This document shows, piece after piece, positions 19,352 to 28,624 of a DNA stretch of 64,000 nucleotides. This DNA is from a virus. Lineage: Duplodnaviria > Caudoviricetes. Location of the stretch: IMG/VR virus record IMGVR_UViG_3300027747_002427. One strand, written 5' to 3'. Position 1 is the first letter of the stretch. Every line of letters starts with the position of its first letter. The notes under the pieces were generated by a model, which made no database searches, had not been told where the DNA came from, and saw nothing but the letters and a program-made list of their open reading frames with translations. The position numbers were made by a program, and so were the translations under genes.

Positions 19352-19537
19352 ATGAAAAATAAGAACACCGTAAAGGATATCGTCACCCACCTGGAGTCCA
19401 CGGGCAAGTCCCCGGACTACATCATCGGAACCCTGATGGCCATGCTCGATGGTCTCACCTATGAGTATAGTGGGACCGCGCAGCAGACCATCGATAGTTA
19501 CATCAACCACCACCTCAACCCCAATACCAACGCCTAA
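19352..19537 (+). CDS. Cassette gene (MKNK), KSPDYII paralog family
   Basis: Promoter repeat upstream; similar to ORFs 15630 and 32795. Confidence 0.75.
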   Translation: MKNKNTVKDIVTHLESTGKSPDYIIGTLMAMLDGLTYEYSGTAQQTIDSYINHHLNPNTNA

Positions 19538-19538
19538 T

Positions 19539-19877
19539 ATGGGAGCCTACATCTACCGCCTCAAGGGCAGCAAGGCCTTCACTCTGATGAAGATTGATGG
19601 CCAGATCCAGCGAGTCTATGACTACGTCTATTGGTACAAGCCTTACTATACCGGCATGTTCGAGAGTGAGCCTAAGTGGATGAAGCCTGTTCGAATGCTT
19701 GATACTCGCCTCCGTAACGCGTTTGCAAAGGTTGAGCCTGTTAAGTGGGTTCGCCACGTCAATGATATGGGAGAGAAAGATGACTACATTATGGAGTGGC
19801 CTGGCGGTATTAGCATTAGCGATTACAACGAGCGCTATCAGAATGCTCGTAGGATCCCAGTAAGCGATTTGGCTTGA
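19539..19877 (+). CDS. Hypothetical protein coupled via TAATATG
   Basis: Start MGAYIYRL directly after the upstream TAA; stop in the next -35 box. Confidence 0.65.
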   Translation: MGAYIYRLKGSKAFTLMKIDGQIQRVYDYVYWYKPYYTGMFESEPKWMKPVRMLDTRLRNAFAKVEPVKWVRHVNDMGEKDDYIMEWPGGISISDYNERYQNARRIPVSDLA

Positions 19878-19908
19878 GATTTCCCCCTAAACCCATTATA
19901 CTAATAGT

Positions 19909-20109
19909 ATGAAAAATAAAGACCACGACGAGATCATCACCACCCACAACCACCGCCTCATCCGCCTTGACGCCCAGAAGAAGTTCGTCGAGCAGATGAT
20001 TAAGGACCTTCAGGTGCAATATACTACCCTCAGCGATGACTGGGACGAGACCTGGAGGAGCCGGCAGTATTACATTAACAGAGAAGAAGAGAGTGCCGTT
20101 ACCACCTAA
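19909..20109 (+). CDS. Cassette gene (MKNK)
   Basis: Promoter repeat upstream. Confidence 0.75.
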   Translation: MKNKDHDEIITTHNHRLIRLDAQKKFVEQMIKDLQVQYTTLSDDWDETWRSRQYYINREEESAVTT

Positions 20110-20128
20110 ACCCTAGATAATAATATAT

Positions 20129-20572
20129 ATGAATAAGAAAGCCACCTCACCGCTCCTAGAGCTCACCGCCACCTCCTCCTATAATAGCCTCCAGAAGGCC
20201 GTAGAAGGCCGTTGTAAAGACCGTAGTCGCGAAGGCAATGTAGGTCTTACCTTCTCTATCTTTGAGACAAATAAGACCTTGGATAAGGGTCTGGATAGTG
20301 GAGACTGGATTGTCAATCACCCAGATATCTTTGATGAGGGCGCCGTATTCGAAGGTAAGTGCGTCTTCTATAGCGATTACTGGAGGATCTCTGATAAAGA
20401 GGTCTACAGCGAAGTAATGGAACACCCAAGCTGGAGGGAGATCATTAGCGAATGTAATCGCCAGTTGATTGATCAAGAGGATGGTAGCACCGCTTGCCTC
20501 TTCCTCGAGGGCTTTACCGAGATGGAACCTAAAGACGGAGTCCGAGTCTTCGAGATCGATTGGGGTTCTTAG
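20129..20572 (+). CDS. Hypothetical protein
   Basis: Partial promoter repeat upstream; HVFLEGF-like CLFLEGF motif. Confidence 0.6.
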   Translation: MNKKATSPLLELTATSSYNSLQKAVEGRCKDRSREGNVGLTFSIFETNKTLDKGLDSGDWIVNHPDIFDEGAVFEGKCVFYSDYWRISDKEVYSEVMEHPSWREIISECNRQLIDQEDGSTACLFLEGFTEMEPKDGVRVFEIDWGS

Positions 20573-20610
20573 AGGTTGACCTTTCCCCCTAAATCCTTTA
20601 TACTAAGAGT

Positions 20611-20850
20611 ATGAAAAATAAAGCATATCAGTTCTCCATCATGTCGGAAGAAGAACGCTCTATACATCTCTTTTATACCATTGAAGGTATGGTAGAGACC
20701 TTAGAGCTGATTGGTAAGCAGCTTGATACAGAAGCTCTTAATGGAGCCTCTCGCCTCGCTAAGCTTGCAGATATTAACGAAGAGATCGAATTACTCTTCT
20801 TGAGAGTTCACAAAGACTACCACGCAAACAAAACCAAGGAAGCCATCTAA
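20611..20850 (+). CDS. Cassette gene (MKNK)
   Basis: Promoter repeat upstream. Confidence 0.75.
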   Translation: MKNKAYQFSIMSEEERSIHLFYTIEGMVETLELIGKQLDTEALNGASRLAKLADINEEIELLFLRVHKDYHANKTKEAI

Positions 20851-21085
20851 TATGACCTATAGGAAACTAATCGCCCATCTCCAAGAGAAATACGCAGAGC
20901 ATCTGGATGATCCTGTAAAGCTCGAGTCTATGCACGATAACGCGATTTATCACGTGTTTAGCGCGCGTACAGCGCATAAAGATGTGCCTTATGACGACAT
21001 CAAAGAGGATGATCTCATTCTACTAATCGAATATCCACACTAATTGGGGGTTGACTTTTCCCCGGTAATCCGTTATACTAATAGT

Positions 21086-21757
21086 ATGAAAAATAAGAAC
21101 AAGCAAAAGAAGATTTCCAGGAAACAAGCCATCGCTGATTCCCGGGTACCAGTAAAGGTTTCCCGGAAACGTATTCCCAAGAACGAGCGTATCAACAAGG
21201 CAGACCAGTTTGAATACCTAGGAATTGATACCTGGGTAAAGACTTTCCAGGGAACTAAGAAGTTCCCACATAATAAGATTACCTGTTCTGAATGCCGGCA
21301 TAATACGGTTTCCATGTTTGGTAACCAGCTAGCGAATTACCTGGCAAAGTATAACGGGGATACCCGGAAACTCCTTACCGAGTTCAAGTGTCGCGTATGT
21401 CGTTCCCTGGACAAAGAGGCTATCAAGTTGAAGGAGCCTAAAGAGCCTAAGGTAAAGGTAGAAAAGGAAAAGGTATTCCTTTCCCCGGAAGAGTGGGAAG
21501 CTCGTAAGGAGGAGGTTCGTAAGACCCTTCCTAAGATGGATCCTAACTACCAAACCCAGGAAATCGATTTGGTTAAGGACAAGGAGACGTGTTCCCAGGT
21601 AACAGCCATGGCATGCTGGCGCCCAGACATCTTCCTCAATCTCGGATGCGCCGAGTGTGTTCTACAGAAGAATTGTGCTTGTCCAATTAAGGATATCAAT
21701 CGTATTCCAGACAATCGCCCAAGGAAATTCAAGAGGGCAGTAACGAAAGCCGCTTGA
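21086..21757 (+). CDS. Cassette gene (MKNK), Cys-rich putative zinc-binding protein
   Basis: CSEC...CRVC and a C-terminal C..C...CAEC...CAC cluster. Confidence 0.7.
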   Translation: MKNKNKQKKISRKQAIADSRVPVKVSRKRIPKNERINKADQFEYLGIDTWVKTFQGTKKFPHNKITCSECRHNTVSMFGNQLANYLAKYNGDTRKLLTEFKCRVCRSLDKEAIKLKEPKEPKVKVEKEKVFLSPEEWEARKEEVRKTLPKMDPNYQTQEIDLVKDKETCSQVTAMACWRPDIFLNLGCAECVLQKNCACPIKDINRIPDNRPRKFKRAVTKAA

Positions 21758-22001
21758 TAAACGTTTAACCTATAGTATTATTTTAATATGCACGTATGGC
21801 AATCAAAGAGAGTTTTAAAGACAGGACCTATCTACCAAGTACCTACTTGGGTAAAGAACCGACCGAAGGCAATAGCTACAGCGGACTGGGAGCAGATGGT
21901 AAAGGACTTCAAGTTCAACAAGCTTATTGTACTAGATAAGGTTCCTAAGACTAGTAAGAAAAAGAATTTCGCAACAAACGAAAGAAAGGAAAACAACAAC
22001 A

Positions 22002-22238
22002 ATGACAAAAACAATCGCTAATACGATCGTTCGCAATATCAGTGATCTCACTGGCCGCACTGTCTCCAGCCGTACAGGCAAGGCAGCAAAGCTTGAGCTG
22101 ATCTCTGAGAGCATCAATGAGAGTCGCTATGAGATTCTCGGTCTCGTTGGACGCAGTAATAACGTCATGCTTCGCCCACGTTTTCACAACGTGCGTAACA
22201 AGCAGGGCCGCTTCACTGCTCGCCGCCGCAGCCGCTAA
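22002..22238 (+). CDS. Small basic protein with RNKQGRF motif
   Basis: 78-aa ORF with GC3-rich codons. Confidence 0.6.
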   Translation: MTKTIANTIVRNISDLTGRTVSSRTGKAAKLELISESINESRYEILGLVGRSNNVMLRPRFHNVRNKQGRFTARRRSR

Positions 22239-22243
22239 AGATT

Positions 22244-22322
22244 AAGGGTCTAGTGAATAGATTGCAGGGAGAGCCTGCTCGGGAAGTTTTTATTCCTCAT
22301 TGAACACACTAGACCTTTTTCT
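22244..22322 (+). terminator. Branched terminator-like RNA
   Basis: 12-bp closing stem (22244-22255/22307-22318) with two internal hairpins, then a T run. Confidence 0.5.
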
Positions 22323-22628
22323 TTCTTTTTAGATTGACATTTCCCCCTTAATCCTTTATTATATATACATGATTGATTCAAACCTGTATCGCAAAATTGA
22401 AATGGCCGGCGAAGCACTTCTCGCTGATTACAAGCTAACCTATCCTGATATGAGTGATAGTCAGATCCGTACAGATCTTCTTCTTAATCACGGATCGAAG
22501 GTTATACACATGAGTGTAGATAATGATCTCCTAGAAGGAATCATTGATAGCGATCGTCAAGACGATCCAGAGTACAAGGCTCTCCTTCTTATAGCTGGAG
22601 TATACTTCGTAACCCTCTAACCCTTTAT

Positions 22629-22704
22629 GCCTGTGTAGTCCAACGGCAGAGACAAGCGACTTAAAATCGCTCCAGTATCGGTTCGAATCCGATCACAGGT
22701 ACCA
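22629..22704 (+). tRNA. tRNA-Leu(UAA), short variable loop
   Basis: GCCTGTG/CACAGGT acceptor stem, AGCGA-CTTAAAA-TCGCT anticodon arm, GTTCGAATC, encoded CCA. Confidence 0.85.
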
Positions 22705-23293
22705 CTTTAAGATTGACCTTTCCCACCAATTGCTATAATATATAAACAATGAAACACCTCCTACACCTCTTAGGGTTTACTCAACGTAAGCCTTCACTCC
22801 TCCTCATGCATATGTGTGACGTCACTCACGGCACCTGGCTTCAGGATCTTTATCGTACCAATCGTCTTAGCGACTACAACGTAAAGAAGTAACATGATCT
22901 GGCCTAAAGACCCTCCAGTGACTCGTTCCGAATTCCGCCGAGCTTTGAATCTTCATTGTCATAATAAGCTTGGAGTCAGCTTCAGTGACCTTCCAGACAT
23001 TATCAATATCGATGACGTATGGTGGGAGGGACAGACCATTGGAGAAGCTCTCACTATGATTAACAGTTGTATTGAAGACTTTAAAGAAGAAATGGGTGTT
23101 GCACTTTCCCACTAACAGGAGTATAATAATAATAATATGATCATCGAATTCTCACCTGGCAAGTTACCAAAGAGTAAAGAAGCTTTGAAGGATATTATCC
23201 TCGAAGCAGTCAAGAAGTCTTCAACGAACCCTGATGCCGTTAATGCCGGCCGACAGCCTCAGGACAATAATACAAAGGCCGGCGTTACTCAAT

Positions 23294-23512
23294 ATGCAAA
23301 CTAAAGTCACACTCACGGATCTAATTCGTAATATCTTGACCGCAGAGCAGGAGTTGTCCGTAAAGGATATCCTTACTAAAGTACAAGAGACTATTGCAGG
23401 CGAGCAGCTGACCATCAAGGCCGATTACCGTAAGGTTTATCGTCACCTTCGTACGTGCGCCACTAAGACGGCACGCGGTCAGTTCTCCCTCACCGAGACC
23501 TCTGCCTCCTAA
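23294..23512 (+). CDS. Small winged-helix-like protein
   Basis: LIRNIL...LSVKDIL...KVYRHLR...RGQFSL pattern. Confidence 0.45.
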   Translation: MQTKVTLTDLIRNILTAEQELSVKDILTKVQETIAGEQLTIKADYRKVYRHLRTCATKTARGQFSLTETSAS

Positions 23513-23536
23513 AGGTAAGTCTCGGCAACCATCAAC

Positions 23537-23627
23537 ACTGGGTTAATGTAATTGGAAGCATCGCACAGCTTATATCTGTGAATCCCTAGATGAGGGACGA
23601 GCATCGGTTCGATTCCGATACCCAGTA
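23537..23627 (+). tRNA. Atypical tRNA, anticodon UAU, long variable arm
   Basis: ACTGGGT/ACCCAGT; ATGT/GCAT D stem; CACAG-CTTATAT-CTGTG; TCCCT/AGGGA variable stem; ATCGG-TTCGATT-CCGAT. Confidence 0.75.
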
Positions 23628-23816
23628 CTTTTTATGACAGACACCAACACAACATCGAAAGAAGCAAAAGTATTCGCACTCTGCCAGGACCTGGAAGATA
23701 TGCGAGATCGTAAGAAGGCATCTAGCAAAGCCTTTAGCGATGAGATCAAGCGTATTCAAGCGGAGATCAAGGATCTTATAGATCCTTCCGAGCCTGAAGA
23801 AGCTCCATAGTATTAC

Positions 23817-23889
23817 GCCCTTGTAGCTCAATGGTCAGAGCAGTCGGCTCATAACTGATTGGTTGGGGGTTCGAATCCCTCCGGGGGCA
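23817..23889 (+). tRNA. tRNA with CAU anticodon (Met or Ile2)
   Basis: Cloverleaf with a CTCATAA loop. Confidence 0.85.
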
Positions 23890-23895
23890 CTCTAT

Positions 23896-23971
23896 GCATC
23901 GGTAGCTCAGTGGATAGAGCAGGGGTTTTCTAAACCCTTGGTCGCAGGTTCGATCCCTGCCCGATGTACCA
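23896..23971 (+). tRNA. tRNA-Arg(UCU)
   Basis: Cloverleaf with a TTTCTAA loop and encoded CCA. Confidence 0.9.
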
Positions 23972-23974
23972 TTT

Positions 23975-24046
23975 GGAATCGTAGCTCAATGGTAGAGCAG
24001 TAGACTTTTAATCTATTGGTTATGGGTTCGAGTCCCATCGATTCCA
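23975..24046 (+). tRNA. tRNA-Lys(UUU)
   Basis: Cloverleaf with a CTTTTAA loop. Confidence 0.9.
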
Positions 24047-24127
24047 CTTTAATACAACAGCATGATATAATAGCGCCGGCCTCTCTATTATCGTGAATTT
24101 TCCCACTAAATGATTGATACTAATAGT

Positions 24128-24298
24128 ATGAAAAATAACAACAGTGCAGTTGCAGCAGAGATCGAAGCGCTCCACCAGGAGATCGCTACCCTCAAGGCCC
24201 AGATCAAAGATCTGGTTAACGTCACCAACAACAACAAAGAGGTCCTCTTCGATCTTCTCGAAGTCCTCAAGAACCCAGCCTCAGCATACCTCGTCTAA
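24128..24298 (+). CDS. Cassette gene (MKNN), coiled-coil
   Basis: Promoter repeat upstream. Confidence 0.7.
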   Translation: MKNNNSAVAAEIEALHQEIATLKAQIKDLVNVTNNNKEVLFDLLEVLKNPASAYLV

Positions 24299-24302
24299 TA
24301 AT

Positions 24303-24671
24303 ATGGCAACACGTTCCCAAGTTAAGTTCTCCGATCGCGGAGTAGTCGCAGCTAATATCTATGTCCACTATGATGGATACCCAGAAGGTGAAGCTGGTCG
24401 TCTCAATCAGCTTCAGCGCTTCTTTAAGTGTGTGAAGGAGAATTGCAGAGACACTCGCTTTCATGATGCAGAGTATCTTGCAGCCAAGTACATCGTTTGG
24501 TATGCTACAGAGTATTGTAAGGATGAGGAGAATCCCAAGCATGCTCTAGACTTCTCAGGCATTGGAATCTGTCTCGAGGACCATGGTGACATTGAGTACA
24601 CCTACCTGGTTGATTGTGACCATCACGATCCAGAGACTGGGTTCCCTACCGTCGATGTTAGGAAGCGGTAA
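24303..24671 (+). CDS. Conserved phage protein (MATRS...IYVHYDGYPEG type)
   Basis: Recognisable IYxHxDGYP motif. Confidence 0.7.
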   Translation: MATRSQVKFSDRGVVAANIYVHYDGYPEGEAGRLNQLQRFFKCVKENCRDTRFHDAEYLAAKYIVWYATEYCKDEENPKHALDFSGIGICLEDHGDIEYTYLVDCDHHDPETGFPTVDVRKR

Positions 24672-24738
24672 CATTTGAGGTGGTAAGGGGGGAAAGATTG
24701 TGGTGGTCTTTCCCCCCAAATCTCTTTATACTAAGAGT

Positions 24739-24891
24739 ATGAAAAATAAGAACACCGTCAAAGCCACCACAGTCATCAAGAACATCCGCCGCATGATCAG
24801 CCAGCCGGCCATGCAGGGACCGAAGCACCAGGCCTGGAGGGAGTCCTGGTTGCACGTCATCAAAGGTCTTGAGAGGGGCGAATCGATTTGA
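24739..24891 (+). CDS. Cassette gene (MKNK)
   Basis: Promoter repeat upstream; stop in the next -35 box. Confidence 0.7.
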   Translation: MKNKNTVKATTVIKNIRRMISQPAMQGPKHQAWRESWLHVIKGLERGESI

Positions 24892-24922
24892 TTTTCCCCC
24901 ATAAATCCTAGATAATAAATGT

Positions 24923-25147
24923 ATGAAAAATAAGAACACATTCGAAGAGATCATGAACGAGTACAAGGCCCTGGACCAGATGTTCAAGCAGATGGTCCGC
25001 AACACCGCGGTGATGGAGCTCAAGGAGTGGGGCGTCGAGGAGATCGGAAGCTCGGACGTGAACTGCCAGATCGTCGACCTCTACAACAGCTACGGCGGAT
25101 TCGACGAGATTGTCCGACATGGGTTGGACCTTGTCCGTAGCCGATAA
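24923..25147 (+). CDS. Cassette gene (MKNK)
   Basis: Promoter repeat upstream. Confidence 0.75.
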   Translation: MKNKNTFEEIMNEYKALDQMFKQMVRNTAVMELKEWGVEEIGSSDVNCQIVDLYNSYGGFDEIVRHGLDLVRSR

Positions 25148-25185
25148 GGATTGAAATTCCCACCTAAACCTCATATAATAATAGT

Positions 25186-25506
25186 ATGAAAATTAAGAAT
25201 GCACGTATGCAGTGGAGCAATGAAAAGCGTACCACGAAGTCCGTCCTCTACTTCTTCCCGGTTGGAGAGACCATCATAGACAACCTCGCTATGCGCCGTA
25301 AACGCCCTATAAAAGAGTTTCGCGCACTTATACCTGAAGTATGCGCAGCAGTAGGTCTCAATATGGCAGACCATAAGTTCAGCTGGAGCCAGAAGGCAGG
25401 TTGCTCTTGCGGTTGCTCGCCTGGCTTCGTAGTAAAGCATCTCTATAGTAAGCAGATCTTCTGCGATGTTACCATGGACAATGACTTCGAGGGTCTTGGC
25501 CTTTAA
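25186..25506 (+). CDS. Cassette gene (MKIK) with AGCSCGCSPGF motif
   Basis: Promoter repeat upstream; CxCxC metal-binding motif seen in other phage proteins. Confidence 0.75.
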   Translation: MKIKNARMQWSNEKRTTKSVLYFFPVGETIIDNLAMRRKRPIKEFRALIPEVCAAVGLNMADHKFSWSQKAGCSCGCSPGFVVKHLYSKQIFCDVTMDNDFEGLGL

Positions 25507-25543
25507 GATTGTCTTTCCCACCTAAACCCAATATAATAATAGT

Positions 25544-25816
25544 ATGAAAATTAAACAATACGTTATAGACCTCCTCACGTTCGGCTTCGTTGCTCTGGCC
25601 TTCAGTGCAGCAAGCGCCGGCCTCACCGCTGCCTACTATCAGCACCTCGCCGTGGTTCACAATGCCGCAACGTACGAGGCAAGCAGCTGGGGTAATGTAA
25701 GCTTCCACTGGAACGATGTTAGCTACGCGCAAGCACCCTTCCAAGACCCAGCGGAGACCCAGAAGAAAATGGATGACGCCTTCGCTAAAGAACTCAAAGC
25801 CAAAGGCATCAAGTAA
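25544..25816 (+). CDS. Cassette gene (MKIK), membrane protein
   Basis: Promoter repeat upstream; N-terminal hydrophobic helix. Confidence 0.75.
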   Translation: MKIKQYVIDLLTFGFVALAFSAASAGLTAAYYQHLAVVHNAATYEASSWGNVSFHWNDVSYAQAPFQDPAETQKKMDDAFAKELKAKGIK

Positions 25817-26078
25817 CACCTAACACCTACCTAATATGAAAATCACAGCTTCCACTAAAGAGAAACTTAAGCACGTGTCCTATGTAGTCGAGGACGTACC
25901 TAACTTCGGAACAGCCATTTACACTGATGTGTACAACGAGAATGATAGGATAGTCGATAGCTTCATTCGTACCGAAGACGGATACGCAATCGAAGCACCG
26001 GCTCTCTTCGAGACCATTCAGGACTTTGTATGCAGCAATAGTGTTGAGGTTTCTCCCTAAATGCTTTATACTAAGAGT

Positions 26079-26399
26079 ATGAAAAATAAGAACACCACAC
26101 TGACCGAGCTCGAAACCCAAATCCTCACCCTCCTGTTCAAGGACGCCGAGGGCAACGGCCACGACTTCGGCATCATCGAGAACCTCAGCGACTACGAAGG
26201 CGTCGACATGAAGGTCGCGCGCGGAGTCCTCAGCTCCCTGGTCCAGAAAGACATCATCACCATCCACGAGTATCGCTTCGAGATGGGAATGGAACAGGGC
26301 TGCACCCAGTTCACCTGGAACCACGTTCCCGCCGATATCTACCCAGAGAGCATCACCCACGTACTCCCAGAGAATGTAACCCTGGGAGTTGCAGCTTGA
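26079..26399 (+). CDS. Cassette gene (MKNK), possible winged helix
   Basis: Promoter repeat upstream; ARGVLSSLVQKDII resembles a wHTH; stop in the next -35 box. Confidence 0.7.
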   Translation: MKNKNTTLTELETQILTLLFKDAEGNGHDFGIIENLSDYEGVDMKVARGVLSSLVQKDIITIHEYRFEMGMEQGCTQFTWNHVPADIYPESITHVLPENVTLGVAA

Positions 26400-26430
26400 G
26401 ATTCCCACCTAAACATAATATAATAATAGT

Positions 26431-26673
26431 ATGAAAAATAAGAACATCCACCAACAGTATCAGGAAATCATCGACTCCATCAAGGCCCTCGGCACGGTCC
26501 GCATCCAGGAGGCTCTGGCGAACCTCGAGAAGGACTTCCAACTAACCTCCAACGTCTATGCTCGTATGGGACTCCTCGGAAGGATCCAGATGCATGAGAG
26601 GGCTCTCAAGGAGCTTACCAACACCGAGAAGAGCCTGGAGATCCTCGACGAAGCCTTTGCCACCCACGCCTAA
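26431..26673 (+). CDS. Cassette gene (MKNK)
   Basis: Promoter repeat upstream. Confidence 0.75.
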   Translation: MKNKNIHQQYQEIIDSIKALGTVRIQEALANLEKDFQLTSNVYARMGLLGRIQMHERALKELTNTEKSLEILDEAFATHA

Positions 26674-27094
26674 TATGGAACAACCTCCTAAAGATTATCA
26701 ACTGAAGTTAGTCATCGAGAAGCTGGAGAAGAGTTTAGACAAGCTCTCTGTCCTCGAATACGAAATCAAAGACGCCCTAATGTTAGCAGCAGACCTCTAC
26801 GAGAGAATCACCAACAACAACGACTAATATGAAGATCGAAACCAAAGCCTACGAAGTCCTAGAAGAGCTGATGGACGGAACCAACAAGCTAGAGAAGCTC
26901 TATAGAGCAGCAACTCATCGCCCAGACTCACCTTGGATTGAGAAGCCAGGACGCTTCGCAGACTGGGTAGGAGGCCAAATGCTAGAGGCCATGGAAGAAG
27001 AGCTTAGGCACCTAGAGCAGAGGTTCATTACAGATGAAGCTCTCCTAGCCATGGTAGATAAGAGCTAATATCATTTTCATACCCGCGGTGGGGT

Positions 27095-27130
27095 AAGGGA
27101 GGAGGTCTGTGGTGGGCCTCCTCCCTTTTT
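27095..27130 (+). terminator. Intrinsic terminator
   Basis: AGGGAGGAGG...CCTCCTCCCT-TTTT. Confidence 0.8.
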
Positions 27131-27168
27131 GTATTGTCTTTCCCCCATAAAGAGATTATAATAATAGT

Positions 27169-27534
27169 ATGAAAATTGAGAACACCACACCCACCGAAGC
27201 CCAAATCGAACTCGCCGGATACCTCCTCACGCGCGAGGTAACCTTCACCGAGGAGTGCGAGGCCAACCCCAAGATCCAGTGGTTCGCCGTGGCCAGCTAC
27301 ACCCTCGAGGACATCATGGGCCTCACCCCCTACCGCAGCGGCTACGCGGACATCGCCGAGTACGAGCACCAGGAGGACCTCATCGAGGCCAAGGAGGCTC
27401 GTAAGAACTCCTACTATGACTACGACGACGAGCAGCGCGCCTGGTTCGAGAAGGAAGAAGAGGCTCATCGAAACGCTCTCAAGGAGCTGGTGAGTTCCGA
27501 GTACAAGCCACTGGGGGTAGGACTCCCCCTTTAA
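27169..27534 (+). CDS. Cassette gene (MKIE), acidic
   Basis: Promoter repeat upstream; almost all codons end in C/G. Confidence 0.75.
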   Translation: MKIENTTPTEAQIELAGYLLTREVTFTEECEANPKIQWFAVASYTLEDIMGLTPYRSGYADIAEYEHQEDLIEAKEARKNSYYDYDDEQRAWFEKEEEAHRNALKELVSSEYKPLGVGLPL

Positions 27535-27572
27535 GGCTTGGCTTTCCCCCTTACTTGATAGATAATAATAGT

Positions 27573-27803
27573 ATGAACAATAAGATCACCATTGGAGAGT
27601 TAAAGAAAGGTCAGCGATTCAAGTACGGCAACAGCGGCATCTATGAGTGCGCCAACCCGTACTGGCCTCAGGCCCGGAACCCAGCCTACCGCTCAGCTAA
27701 GATCATCGTGGTAGTTCCATCAATCAACCCGGAGGCTACCTACCCAACAGTACCAGGCCAGTGTGTCACCTTCAATCACAGGACCAAAGTGGAGCTCCTT
27801 TAG
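27573..27803 (+). CDS. Cassette gene (MNNK)
   Basis: Promoter repeat upstream. Confidence 0.7.
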   Translation: MNNKITIGELKKGQRFKYGNSGIYECANPYWPQARNPAYRSAKIIVVVPSINPEATYPTVPGQCVTFNHRTKVELL

Positions 27804-27840
27804 ACTTTCTTTTCCCCCATAACCATTATATAATAATAGT

Positions 27841-28062
27841 ATGAAAAATAAGAACATCGAAGTAGGTTCCATCGTCACCCTCAACTCCAACACCGATCGT
27901 GTCCACCGCGTCACCAAGGTCGATGAGTTCGGCATCTGCACAACGCCAGCGGGAGGCCAGCCAGAGTACCAGTCCAGGTACGGCTCCTTCCCTCTCGCTT
28001 CCTGGGAGGTTGTTACCCTCGCTACAGAGGAGCAGCTCAAGCTAGTAGGCACCTGGCGCTAA
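27841..28062 (+). CDS. Cassette gene (MKNK), SH3/KOW-like
   Basis: IEVGSIVTL...HRVTKV pattern; promoter repeat upstream. Confidence 0.7.
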   Translation: MKNKNIEVGSIVTLNSNTDRVHRVTKVDEFGICTTPAGGQPEYQSRYGSFPLASWEVVTLATEEQLKLVGTWR

Positions 28063-28101
28063 GGGGTTGACCTTTCCCCCATTATAGGTTATACTTATAG
28101 T

Positions 28102-28404
28102 ATGAAAAATAAGAAGACCCAATACACCGCCACAGCCCCTAACGGAGACGTCCTCAGCGTCACCTCCACGCGCCCGCTGGTCGAGTGCCACGTCGCCATC
28201 AACAAGGAGACCAACGCCACGGGAGCCTACCGCTGGACCATCAAGCGCCAGGGCAAGGCCTCCGCCTCCTCCTGCGGCTACAGCTTCGGCTACGTGGGTA
28301 GCTGGTGCACGGACGCTGCCAAGTACAATGCCGAGGCCGACAAAGAGAAGGCCTTGCGCAACGCCAAGTACACCTTCCACATCGTCCCAGTGGTCGCCGC
28401 CTAA
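28102..28404 (+). CDS. Cassette gene (MKNK)
   Basis: Promoter repeat upstream. Confidence 0.75.
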   Translation: MKNKKTQYTATAPNGDVLSVTSTRPLVECHVAINKETNATGAYRWTIKRQGKASASSCGYSFGYVGSWCTDAAKYNAEADKEKALRNAKYTFHIVPVVAA

Positions 28405-28624
28405 GCTTAACGACCGCGGTCGGATACCTACCGGTCTTAATAGCGACCAGGGGTAATACTACCGACCGCGGTATGCTAGGACCCCGGACGTTCAAATTTG
28501 TTAATAGGGGAATAGCAAGCAGAAACGGCCGGGGGGCAATCCCGCGTATATAGGGGGGTACCCTGGTATTAAATCGCCAAAGTATTAAATTGCTATTCCC
28601 TTATATAAGTAATAATATATTTTA

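Noticed and set aside
3184-22238. Shared R[D/N]xxG[R/K]F C-terminal motif in ORFs 3184 and 22002 as a new system
   Set aside because: This short basic motif is common in phage proteins; two occurrences are not enough support.
18354-28495. Long minus-strand ORFs in the cassette block (e.g. 25827-26408, 27028-27468, 28042-28380)
   Set aside because: They are antisense shadows caused by the C/G-ending codon bias of the plus-strand genes, and they run through promoter repeats.
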